Below are positions 40,201-53,700 of a stretch of DNA of 64,000 nt, in pieces. The DNA lies in NCBI GenBank assembly GCA_964016885.1, contig OZ024745.1:2666001-2730000 (forward strand), written 5' to 3'. The notes below the pieces were generated by a model that did no database searches, was not told where the DNA came from, and was given only the letters and a program-made list of their open reading frames with translations. Every line of letters begins with the position of its first letter. Position 1 is the first letter of the stretch. The stretch is from Eledone cirrhosa (taxonomy: Eukaryota). A program made the translations under genes and the position numbers.

Positions 40201-43200
40201 TATATAATTATATAACAGTGTTGGTGGTTGTATGGTAGAACCAGTTATATAATTATATAACAGTGTTGGTGGTTGTATGGTAGAACCAGTTATATAATTA
40301 TATAACAGTGTTGGTGGTTGTATGGTAGAACGAGTTATATAATTATATAACAGTGTTGGTGGTTGTATGGTAGAACGAGTTATATAATTATATAACAGTG
40401 TTGGTGGTTGTATGGTAGAACCAGTTATATAATTATATAACAGTGTTGGTGGTTGTATGGTAGAACCAGTTATATAATTATATAACAGTGTTGGCGGTTC
40501 TATGGTAGAACCAGTTATATAATTATATAACAGTGTTGGTGGTTGTATGGTAGAACCAGTTATATAATTATATAACAGTGTTGGCGGTTGTATGGTAGAA
40601 CCGGTTATATAATTATATAACAGTGTTGGTGGTTGTATGGTAGAACCAGTTATATAATTATATAACAGTGTTGGTGGTTGTATGGTAGAACGAGTTATAT
40701 AATTATATAACAGTGTTGGTGGTTGTATGGTAGAACCAGTTATATAATTATATAACAGTGTTGGTGGTTGTATGGTAGAACCAGTGATATAATTATATAA
40801 CAGTGTTGGTGGTTGTATGGTAGAACCAGTTATATAATTATATAACAGTTGGTGGTTGTATGGTAGAACCAGTGATATAATTATATAACAGTGTTGGTGG
40901 TTGTATGGTAGAACCAGTTATATAATTATATAACAGTGTTGGTGGTTGTATGGTAGAACCAGTTATATAATTATATAACAGTTGGTGGTTGTATGGTAGA
41001 ACCAGTGATATAATTATATAACAGTGTTGGTGGCTGTATGGTAGAACCAGTTATATAATTATATAACAGTTGCTGGTTGTATGGTAGAACCAGTGATATA
41101 ATTATATAAGAGTGTTGGTGGTTGTATGGTAGAACCAGTGATATAATTATATAACAGTGTTGGCGGTTGTATGGTAGAACCAGTTATATAATTATATAAC
41201 AGTGTTGGTGGTTGTATGGTAGAACCAGTTATATAATTATATAACAGTCGGTGGTTGTATGGTAGAACCAATTATATAATTATATAACAGTGTTGGTGGT
41301 TGTATGGTAGAACCAGTGATATAATTATATAACAGTGTTGGTGGTTGTATGGTAGAACCAGTTATATAATTATATAACAGTTGGTGGTTGTATGGTAGAA
41401 CCAGTGATATAATTATATAACAGTGTTGGTGGTTGTATGGTAGAACAAGTTATATAATTATATAACAGTGTTTGTGGTTGTATGGTAGAACCAGTGATAT
41501 AATTATATAACAGTGTTGGTGGTTGTATGGTAGAACCAGTTATATAGTTATATAACAGTGTTGGTGGTGGTATGGTAGAACCAGTTATATAATTATATAA
41601 CAGTGTCGGTGGTTGTGTGGTAGAACCACTGGTTATATAATTATATAACAGTGTTGGTGGTTGTATGGTAGAACCAGTTATATAATTATATAACAGTGTT
41701 GGTGGTTGTATGGTAGAACCAGTGATATAATTATATAACAGTGTTGGTGGTGGTATGGTAGAACCAGTTATATAATTATATAACAGTGTTGGTGGTGGTA
41801 TGGTAGAACCAGTTATATAATTATATAACAGTGTTGGGGGTTGTATGGTAGAACCAGTGATATAATTATATAACAGTGTTGGTGGTGGTATGGTAGAACC
41901 AGTTATATAATTATATAACAGTGTTGGTGGTTGTATGGTAGAACCAGTTATATAATTATATAACAGTTGGTAGTTGTATGGTAGAACCAGTTATATAATT
42001 ATATAACAGTGTTGGTGGTTTTATGGTAGAACGAGTTATATAATTATATAACAGTGTTGGTGGTGGTATGGTAGAACGAGTTATATAATTATATAACAGT
42101 GTTGGTGGTTGTATGGTAGAACCAGTTATATAATTATATAACAGTGTTGGTGGTTGTATGGTAGAACCAGTTATATAATTATATAACAGTGTTGGCGGTT
42201 GTATGGTAGAACCAGTTATATAATTATATAACAGTGTTGGTGGTTGTATGGTAGAACCAGTTATATAATTATATAACAGTGTTGGTGGTTGTATGGTAGA
42301 ACGAGTGATATAATTATATAACAGTGTTGGTGGTTGTATGGTAGAACGAGTTATATAATTATATAACAGTGTTGGTGGTTGTATGGTAGAACCAGTTATA
42401 TAATTATATAACAGTGTTGGTGGTTGTATGGTAGAACCAGTTATATAATTATATAACAGTGTTGGCGGTTGTATGGTAGAACCAGTTATATAAATATATA
42501 ACAGTGTTGGTGGTTGTATGGTAGAACCAGTTATATAATTATATAAGTGTTGGCGGTTGTATGGTAGAACCAGTTGTATAATTATATAACAGTGTTGGTG
42601 GTTGTATGGTAGAAACAGTTATATAATTATATAACAGTGTTGGTGGTTGTATGGTAGAACGAGTTATATAATTATATAACAGTGTTGGTGGTTGTATGGT
42701 AGAACCAGTTATATAATTATATAACAGTGTTGCTGGTTGTATGGTAGAACCAGTTATATAATTATATAACAGTGTTGGTGGTTGTATGGTAGAACGAGTT
42801 ATATAATTATATAACAGTGTTGGTGGTTGTATGGTAGAACGAGTTATATAATTATATAACAGTGTTGGTGGTTGTATGGTAGAACCAGTTATATAATTAT
42901 ATAACAGTGTTGGTGGTTGTATGGTAGAACCACTGGTTATATAATTATATAACAGTGTTGGCGGTTGTATGGTAGAACCAGTTATATAATTATATAACAG
43001 TGTTAGGGGTTGTATGTTAGAACGAGTTATATAATTATATAACAGTGTTGGTGGTTGTATGGTAGAACCAGTTATATAATTATATAACAGTGTTGGTGAT
43101 TGTATGGTAGAACCAGTTATATAATTATATAACAGTGTTGGTGGCTGTATGGTAGAACCACTGGTTATATAATTATATAACAGTGTTGGCGGTTGTATGG

Positions 43201-46200
43201 TAGAACCAGCTATATAATTATATAACAGTTGGTGGTAGTTGTATGGTAGAACCAGTGATATAATTATATAACAGTGTTGGTGGTTGTATGGTAGAACCAG
43301 TTATATAATTATATAACAGTGTTGGTGGTTGTATGGTAGAACCAGTTATATAATTATATAACAGTGATGGTGGTTGTACTGTAGAACCAGTTATATAATT
43401 ATATAACAGTGTTGGTGGTTGTATGGTAGAACCAGTTATATAAGTATATAACAGTTGGTGGTAGTATGGTAGAACCAGTTATATAATTATATAACAGTGT
43501 TGGCGGTTGTATGGTAGAACCAGTTATATAATTATATAACAGTGTTGGTGGTTGTATGGTAGAACCACTGGTTATATAATTATATAACAGTGTTGGTGGT
43601 TGTATGGTAGAACCAGTTATATAATTATATAACAGTTGGTGGTTGTATGGTAGAACCAGTTATATAATTATATAACAGTGTTGGTGGTTGTATGGTAGAA
43701 CGAGTTATATAATTATATAACAGTGTTGGTGGTTGTATGGTAGAACGAGTTATATAATTATATAACAGTGTTGGTGGTTGTATGGTAGAACCAGTTATAT
43801 AATTATATAACAGTGTTGGTGGTTGTATGGTAGAACCAGTTATATAATTATATAACAGTGTTGGCGGTTGTATGGTAGAACCAGTTATATAATTATATAA
43901 CAGTGTTGGTGGTTGTATGGTAGAACCAGTTATATAATTATATAACAGTGTTGGTGGTTGTATGGTAGAACGAGTTATATAATTATATAACAGTGTTGGT
44001 GGTTGTATGGTAGTACCAGTTATATAATTATATAACAGTGTTGGTGGTTGTATGGTAGAACCAGTTATATAATTATATAACAGTGTTGATGGTTGTATGG
44101 TAGAACCAGTTATATAATTATATAACAGTGTTGGCGGTTGTATGGTAGAACCAGTTATATAATTATATAACAGTGTTGGTGGTTGTATGGTAGAACCAGT
44201 TATATAATTATATAACAGTTGTGGCGGTTGTATGGTAGAACCAGTTATATAATTATATAACAGTGTTGGTGGTTGTATGGTAGAACCAGTTATATAATTA
44301 TATAACAGTGTTGGTGGTTGTATGGTAGAACGAGTTATAAAATTATATAACAGTGTTGGTGGTTGTAGGGTAGAACCAGTTATATAATTATATAACAGTG
44401 TTGGTGTTTGTATGGTAGAACCAGTTATATAATTATATAACAGTGTTGGTGGTTGTATGGTAGAACGAGTTATATAATTATATAACAGTGTTGGTGGTTG
44501 TATGGTAGAACGAGTTATATAATTATATAACAGTGTTGGTGGTTGTATGGTAGAACCAGTTATATAATTATATAACAGTGTTGGTGGTGGTATGGTAGAA
44601 CCAGTTATATAATTATATAACAGTGTTGGTGGTGGTATGGTAGAACCAGTTATATAATTATATAACAGTGTTGGTGGTTGTATTATAGAACCAGTGATAT
44701 AATTATATAACAGTGTTGGTGGTGGTATGGTAGAACCAGTTATATAATTATATAACAGTGTTGGTGGTTGTATGGTAGAACCAGTTATATAATTATATAA
44801 CAGTGTTGGCGGTTGTATGGTAGAACCAGTTATATAATTATATAACAGTGTTGGTGGTTGTATGGTAGAACCAGTTATATAATTATATAACAGTGTTGGT
44901 GGTTGTATAGTAGAACGAGTTATATAATTATATAACAGTGTTGGTGGTTGTATGGTAAAACCAGTTATATAATTATATAACAGTGTTGGTGGTTGTATGG
45001 TAGAACCAGTTATATAATTATATAACAGTGTTGGTGGTTGTATGGTAGAACGAGTTATATAATTATATAACAGTGTTGGTGGTTGTATGGTAGAACCACT
45101 GGTTATATAATTATATACCAGTGTTGGCGGTTGTATGGTAGAACGAGTTATATAATTATATAACAGTGTTGATGGTTGTATGGTAGAACGAGTTATATAA
45201 TTATATAACAGTCTTGGTGGTTGTATGGTAGAACCAGTTATATAATTATATAACAGTGTTGGTGGTTGTATGGTAGAACCAGTTATATAATTATATAACA
45301 GTGTTGGTGGTTGTATGGTAGAACGAATTATATAATTATATAACAGTGTTGGTGGTTGTATGGTAGAACCAGTTATATAATTATATAACAGTGTTGGTGG
45401 TTGTATGGTAGAACCACTGGTTATATAATTATATAACAGTGTTGGCGGTTGTATGGTAGAACCAGTTATATAATTATATAACAGTGTTAGTGGTTGTATG
45501 GTAGAACGAGTTATATAATTATATAACAGTGTTGGTGGTTGTATGGTAGAACAAGTTATATAATTATATAACAGTGTTAGTGGTTGTATGGTAGAACCAG
45601 TTATATAATTATATAACAGTGTTGGTGGCTGTATGGTAGAACCACTTGTTATATAATTATATAACAGCGTTGGTGGTTGTATGGTAGAACCAGTTATATA
45701 ATTATATAACAGTTGGTGGTTGTATGGTAGAACCAGTTATATAATTATATAACAGTGTTGGTGGTTGTATGGTAGAACCAGTGATATAATTATATAACAG
45801 TGTTGGTGGTTGTATGGTAGAACCAGTTATATAATTATATAACAGTTGGTGGTTGTATAGTAGAACCAGTGATATAATTATATAACAGTGTTGGTGGTTG
45901 CATGGTAGAACCAGTTATATAATTATATAACAGTGTTGGTGGTTGTATGGTAGAACCAGTTATATAATTATATAACAGTGTTGGTGGTTGTATGGTAGAA
46001 CCAGTGATATAATTATATAACAGTGTTGGTGGTGGTATGGTAGAACCAGTTATATAATTATATAACAGTGTTGGTGGTGGTATGGTAGAACCAGTTATAT
46101 AATTATATAACAGTGTTGGTGGTTGTATGGTAGAACCACTGGTTATATAATTATATAACAGTGTTGGTGGTTGTATGGTACAACTAGTTATATAATTATA

Positions 46201-49200
46201 TAACAGTGTTGGTGGTTGTATGGTAGAACCAGTGATATAATTATATAACAGGGTTGGTGGTGGTATGGTAGAACCAGTTATATAATTATATAACAGTGTT
46301 GGTGGTGGTATGGTAGAACCAGTTATATAATTATATAACAGTGTTGGTGGTTGTATGGTAGAACCAGTGATATAATTATATAACAGTGTTGTTGGTGGTA
46401 TGGTAGAACCAGTTATATAATTATATAACAGTGTTGGTGGTTGTATGGTAGAACCAGTTATATAATTATATAACAGTGTTGGTGGTTGTATGGTAGAACC
46501 ACTGGTTATATAATTATATAACAGTGTTGGTGGTTGTATGGTAGAACCAGTTATATAATTATATAACAGTTGGTGGTTGTATGGTAGAACCAGTTATATA
46601 ATTATATAACAGTGTTGGTGGTTGTATGGTAGAACGAGTTATATAATTATATAACAGTGTTGGTGGTTGTATGGTAGAACGAGTTATATAATTATATAAC
46701 AGTGTTGGTGGTTGTATGGTAGAACCAGTTATATAATTATATAACAGTGTTGGTGGTTGTATGGTAGAACCAGTTATATAATTATATAACAGTTTTGGCG
46801 GTTGTATGGTAGAACCAGTTATATAATTATATAACAGTGTTGGTGGTTGTATGGTAGAACCAGTTATATAATTGTATAACAGTGTTGGCGGTTGTATGGT
46901 AGAACCAGTTATATAATTATATAACAGTGTTGGTGGTTGTATGGTAGAACCAGTTATATAATTATATAACAGTGTTGGTGGTTGTATGGTAGAACCAGTT
47001 ATATAATTATATAACAGTGTTGGCGGTTGTATGGTGGAACCAGTTATATAATTATATAACAGTGTTGGTGGTTGTATGGTAGAACCAGTTATATAATTAT
47101 ATAACAGTATTGGCGGTTGTATGGTAGAACCAGTTATATAATTATATAATAGTGTTGGTGGTTGTATGGTAGAAGCAGTTATATAATTATATAACAGTGT
47201 TGGTGGTTGTATGTTAGAACGAGTTATATAATTATATAACAGTGTTGGTGGTTGTATGGTAGAACCAGTTATATAATTATATAACAGTGTTGGTGGTTGT
47301 ATGGTAGAACCAGTTATATAATTATATAACAGTGTTGGTGGTTGTATGGTAGAACGAGTTATATAATTATATAACAGTGTTGGTGGTTGTATGGTAGAAC
47401 GAGTTATATAATTATATAACAGTGTTGGTGGTTGTATGGTAGAACCAGTTATATAATTATATAACAGTGTTGGTGGTTGTATGGTAGAACCACTGTTTAT
47501 ATAATTATATAACAGTGTTGGCGGTTGTATGGTAGAACCAGTTATATAATTATATAACAGTGTTGGTGGTTGTATGGTAGAACGAGTTATATAATTATAT
47601 AACAGTGTTGGTGGTTGTATGGTAGAACGAGTTATATAATTATATAACAGTGTTGGTGGTTGTATGGTAGAACCAGTTATATAATTATATAATAGTGTTG
47701 GTGGTTGTATGGTAGAACGAGTTATATAATTATATAACAGTGTTGGTGGTTGTATGGTAGAACGAGTTATATAATTATATAACAGTGTTGGTGGTTGTAT
47801 GGTAGAACGAGTTATATAATTATATAACAGTGTTGGTGGTTGTATGGTAGAACCACTGGTTATATAATTATATAACAGTGTTGGCGGTTGTATGGTAGAA
47901 CCAGTTATATAATTATATAACAGTGTTAGTGGTTGTATGGTAGAACGAGTTATATAATTATATAACAGTGTTGGTGGTTGTATGGTAGAACCAGTTATAT
48001 AATTATATAACAGTGTTGGTGGCTGTATGGTAGAACCACTGGTTATATAATTATATAACAGTGTTGGCGGTTGTATGGTAGAACCAGCTATATAATTATA
48101 TAACAGTTGGTGGTAGTTGTATGGTAGAACCAGTGATATAATTATATAACAGTGTTGGTGGTTGTATGGTAGAACCAGTTATATAATTATATAACAGTGT
48201 TGGTGGTTGTATGGTAGAACCAGTTATATAATTATATAACAGTGATGGTGGTTGTATGGTAGAAACAGTTATATAATTATATAACAGTGTTGGTGGTGGT
48301 ATGGTAGAACCAGTTATATAATTATATAACAGTGTTGGTGGTGGTATGGTAGAACCAGTTATATAATTATATAACAGTGTTGGTGGTTGTATGGTAGAAC
48401 CACTGGTTATATAATTATATAACTGTGTTGGTGGTTGTATGGTAGAACCAGTTATATAATTATATAACAGTTGGTGGTTGTATGGTAGAACCAGTTATAT
48501 AATTATATAACAGTGTTGGTGGTTGTATGGTAGAACGAGTTATATAATTATATAACAGTGTTGGTGGTTGTATGGTAGAACCACTGGTTATATAATTATA
48601 TAACTGTGTTGGTGGTTGTATGGTAGAACCAGTTATATAATTATATAACAGTTGGTGGTTGTATGATAGAACCAGTTATATAATTATATAACAGTGTTGG
48701 TGGTTGTATGGTAGAACGAGTTATATAATTATATATCAGTGTTGGTGGTTGTATGGTAGAACGAGTTATATAATTATATAACAGTGTTGGTGGTTGTATG
48801 GTAGAACCAGTTATATAATTATATAACAGTGTTGGTGGTTGTATGGTAGAACCAGTTATATAATTATATAACAGTGTTGGTGGTTGTATGGTAGAACGAG
48901 TTATATAATTATATAACAGTGTTGGTGGTTGTATGGTAGAACGAGTTATATAATTATATAACAGTGTTGGTGGTTGTATGGTAGAACCAGTTATATAATT
49001 ATATAACAGTGTTGGTGGTTGTATGGTAGAAACAGTTATATAATTATATAACAGTGTTGGCGGTTGTATGGTAGAACCACTTATATAATTATATAACAGT
49101 GTTGGTGGTTGTATGGTAGAACCAGTTATATAATTATATAACAGTGTTGGCGGTTGTATGGTAGAACCAGTTATATAATTATATAACAGTGTTGGTGGTT

Positions 49201-50783
49201 GTATGGTAGAACCAGTTATATAATTATATAACAGTGTTGGTGGTTGTATGGTAGAACGAGTTATATAATTATATAACAGTGTTGGTGGTTGTATGGTAGA
49301 ACCAGTTATATAATTATATAACAGTGTTGGTGGTTGTATGGTAGAACCAGTTATATAATTATATAACAGTGTTGGTGGTTGTATGGTAGAACCAGTGATA
49401 TAATTATATAACAGTGTTGGTGGTTGTATGGTAGAACCAGTTATATAATTATATAACAGTTGGTGGTTGTATGGTAGAACCAGTGATATAATTATATAAC
49501 AGTGTTGGTGGTTGTATGGTAGAACCAGTTACATAATTATATAACAGTGTTGGTGGTTGTATGGTAGAACCAGTTATATAATTATATAACAGATGGTGGT
49601 TGTATGGTAGAACCAGTGATATAATTATATAACAGTGTTGGTGGCTGTATGGTAGAACCAGTTATATAATTATATAACAGTTGGTGGTTGTATAGTAGAA
49701 CGAGTGATATAATTATATAACAGTGTTGGTGGTTGTATGGTAGAACCAGTGATATAATTATATAACAGTGTTGGCGGTTGTATGGTAGAACCAGTTATAT
49801 AATTATATAACAGTGTTGGTGGTTGTATGGTAGAACCAGTTATATAATTATATAACAGTTGGTGGTTGTATGGCAGAACCAGTTATATAATTATATAACA
49901 GTGTTGGTGGTTGTATGGTAGAACCAGTGATATAATTATATAACAGTGTTGGTGGTTGTATGGTAGAACCAGTTATATAATTATATAACAGTTGGTGGTT
50001 GTATGGTAGAACCAGTGATATAATTATATAACAGTGTTGGTGGTTGTATGGTAGAACCAGTTATATAATTATATAACAGTGTTGGTGGTTGTATGGTAGA
50101 ACCAGTTATATAAATATATAACAGTGTTGGTGGTTGTATGGTAGAACCAGTGATATAATTATATAACAGTGTTGGTGGTGGTATGGTAGAACCAGTTATA
50201 TAATTATATAACAGTGTTGGTGGTGGTATGGTAGAACCAGTTATATAATTATATAACAGTCTTGGTGGTTGTATGGTAGAACCACTGGTTATATAATTAT
50301 ATAACAGTGTTGGTGGTTGTATGGTAGAACCAGTTATATAATTATATAACAGTGTTGGTGGTTGTATGGTAGAACCAGTGATATAATTATATAACCGTGT
50401 TGGTGGTGGTATGGTAGAACCAGTTATATAATTATATAACAGTGTTGGTGGTGGTATGGTAGAACCAGTTATATAATTATATAACAGTGTTGGTGGTTGT
50501 ATGGTAGAACCAGTGATATAATTATATAACAGTGTTGGTGGTGGTATGGTAGAACCAGTTATATAATTATATAACAGTGTTGGTGGTTGTATGGTAGAAC
50601 CAGTTATATAATTATATAACAGTGTTAGTGGTTGTATGGTAGAACCACTGGTTATATAATTATATAACAGTGTTGGTGGTTGTATGGTAGAACCAGTTAT
50701 ATAATTATATAACAGTTGGTGGTTGTATGGTAGAACCATTTATATAATTATATAACAGTGTTGATGGTTGTATGGTAGAACCA

Positions 50784-53700
50784 GTTATATAATTATATAA
50801 CAGTCTTGGTGGTTGTATGGTAGAACCAGTTATATAATTATATAACAGTGTTGGTGGTTGTATGGTAGAACCACTGGTTATATAATTATATAACAGTGTT
50901 GGCGGTTGTATGGTAGAACCAGTTATATAATTATATAACAGTGTTGGTGGTTCTATGGTAGAACGAGTTATATAATTATATAACAGTGTTGGTGGTTGTA
51001 TGGTAGAACGAGTTATATAATTATATAACAGTGTTGGTGGTTGTATGGTAGAACCAGTTATATAATTATATAAGTGTTGGTGGTTGTATGGTAGTACCTG
51101 TGATATAATTATATAACAGTGTTGGTGGTTGTATGGTAGAACCAGTTATATAATTATATAACAGTGTTGGTGGTTGTATGGTAGAACGAGTTATATAATT
51201 ATATAACAGTCTTGGTGGTTGTATGGTAGAACCAGTTATATAATTATATAACAGTGTTGGTGGTTGTATGGTAGAACCACTGGTTATATAATTATATAAC
51301 AGTGTTGGCGGTTGTATGGTAGAACCATTTATATAATTATATAACAGTGTTGGTGGTTGTATGGTAGAACCAGTTATATAATTATATAACAGTGTTGGTG
51401 GTTGTATGGTAGAACCACTGTTTATATACTTATATAACAGTGTTGGTGGTTGTATGGTAGAACCAGTTATATAATTATATAACAGTGTTGGTGGTTGTAT
51501 GGTAGAACGAGTTATATAATTATATAACAGTGTTGGTTGTTGTATGGTAGAACGAGTTATATAATTATATAACAGTGTTGGTGGTTGTATGGTAGAACCA
51601 GTTATATAATTATATAACAGTGTTGGTGGTTGTATGGTAGAACCAGTTATATAATTATATAACAGTGTTGGTGGTTGTATGGTAGAACCAGTTATATAAT
51701 TATATAACAGTTGGTGGTTGTATGGTAGAACCAGTTATATAATTATATAACAGTGGTAGTGGTTGTATGGTAGAACCAGTTATATAATTATATAACAGTT
51801 GGTGGTAGTATGGTAGAACCAGTTACATAATTATATAACAGTGTTGGTGGCTGTATGGTAGAACCAGTTATATAATTATCTAACAGTTGATGGTTGTATG
51901 GTAGAACCAGTTATATAATTATATAACAGTTGGTAGTTGTATGGTAGTACCAGTTATATAATTATATAACAGTGTTGGTGGTTGTATGGTAGAACCAGTT
52001 ATATAATTATATAACAGTGTTGGTGGTTGTATGGTAGAGCCATTGATATAATTATATAACAGTGTTGGTGGTTGTATGGTAGAACCAGTTATATAATTAT
52101 ATAACAGTTGGTGGTAGTATGGTAGAACCAGTTATATAATTATATAACAGTTGGTGGTAGTATGGTAGAACCAGTTATATAATTATATAACAGTGTTGGT
52201 GGTTGTATGGTAGAACCAGTTATATAATTATATAACAGTGTTTGTGGTTGTATGGTAGAACCAGTTATATAATTATATAACAGTTGGTGGTAGTATGGTA
52301 GAACCAGTTATATAATTATATAACAGTTGCTGGTAGTATGGTAGAACCAGTTATCTAATTATATAACAGTGTTGGTGGTTGTATGGTAGAACCAGTTATA
52401 TAATTATATAACAGTTGTTGGTTGTATGGTAGAACCAGTTATATAATTATATAACAGTGTTGGTGGTTGTATGGTAGAACCAGTTATATAATTATATAAC
52501 AGTGTTGGTGGTGGTATGGTAGAACCAGTTATATAATTATATAACAGTGTTGGTGGTGGTATGGTAGAACCAGTTATATAATTATATAACAGTGTTGGTG
52601 GTTGTATGGTAGAACCAGTGATATAATTATATAACAGTGTTGGTGGTGGTATGGTAGAACCAGTTATATAATTATATAACAGTGTTGGCGGATGTATGGT
52701 AGAACCAGTTATATAATTATATAACAGTGTTGGTGGTTGTATGGTAGAACCAGTTATATAATTATATAACAGTGTTGGTGGTTGTATGGTAGAACCAGTT
52801 ATATAATTATATAACAGTTGGTGGTTGTATGGTAGAACCAGTTATATAATTATATAACAGTGTTGGTGGTTGTATGGTAGAACCAGTGATATAATTATAT
52901 AACAGTGTTGGTGGTTGTATGGTAGAACCAGTTATATAATTATATAACAGTTGGTGGTTGTATGGTAGAACCAGTGATATAATTATATAACAGTGTTGGT
53001 GGTTGTATGGTAGAACCAGTTATATAATTATATAACAGTGTTGGTGGTTGTATGGTAGAACCAGTTATATAATTATATAACAGTGTTGGTGGTTGTATGG
53101 TAGAACCAGTGATATAATTATATAACAGTGTTGGTGGTGGTATGGTAGAACCAGTTATATAATTATATAACAGTGTTGGTGGTGGTATGGTAGAACCAGT
53201 TATATAATTATATAACAGTGTTGGTGGTTGTATGGTAGAACCACTGGTTATATAATTATATAACAGTGTTGGTGGTTGTATGGTAGAACCATTTATATAA
53301 TTATATAACAGTGTTGGTGGTTGTATGGTAGAACCAGTGATATAATTATATAACAGTGTTGGTGGTGGTATGGTAGAACCAGTTATATAATTATATAACA
53401 GTGTTGGTGGTGGTATGGTAGAACCAGTTATATAATTATATAACAGTGTTGGTGGTGGTATGGTAGAACCAGTTATATAATTATATAACAGTGTTGGTGG
53501 TTGTATGGCAGAACCAGTTATATAATTATATAACAGTGTTGGTGGTTGTATGGTAGAACCACTGGTTATATAATTATATAACAGTGTTGGTGGTTGTATG
53601 GTAGAACCAGTTATATAATTATATAACAGTTGGTGGTTGTATGGTAGAACCAGTTATATAATTATATAACAGTGTTGGTGGTTGTATGGTAGAACGAGTT

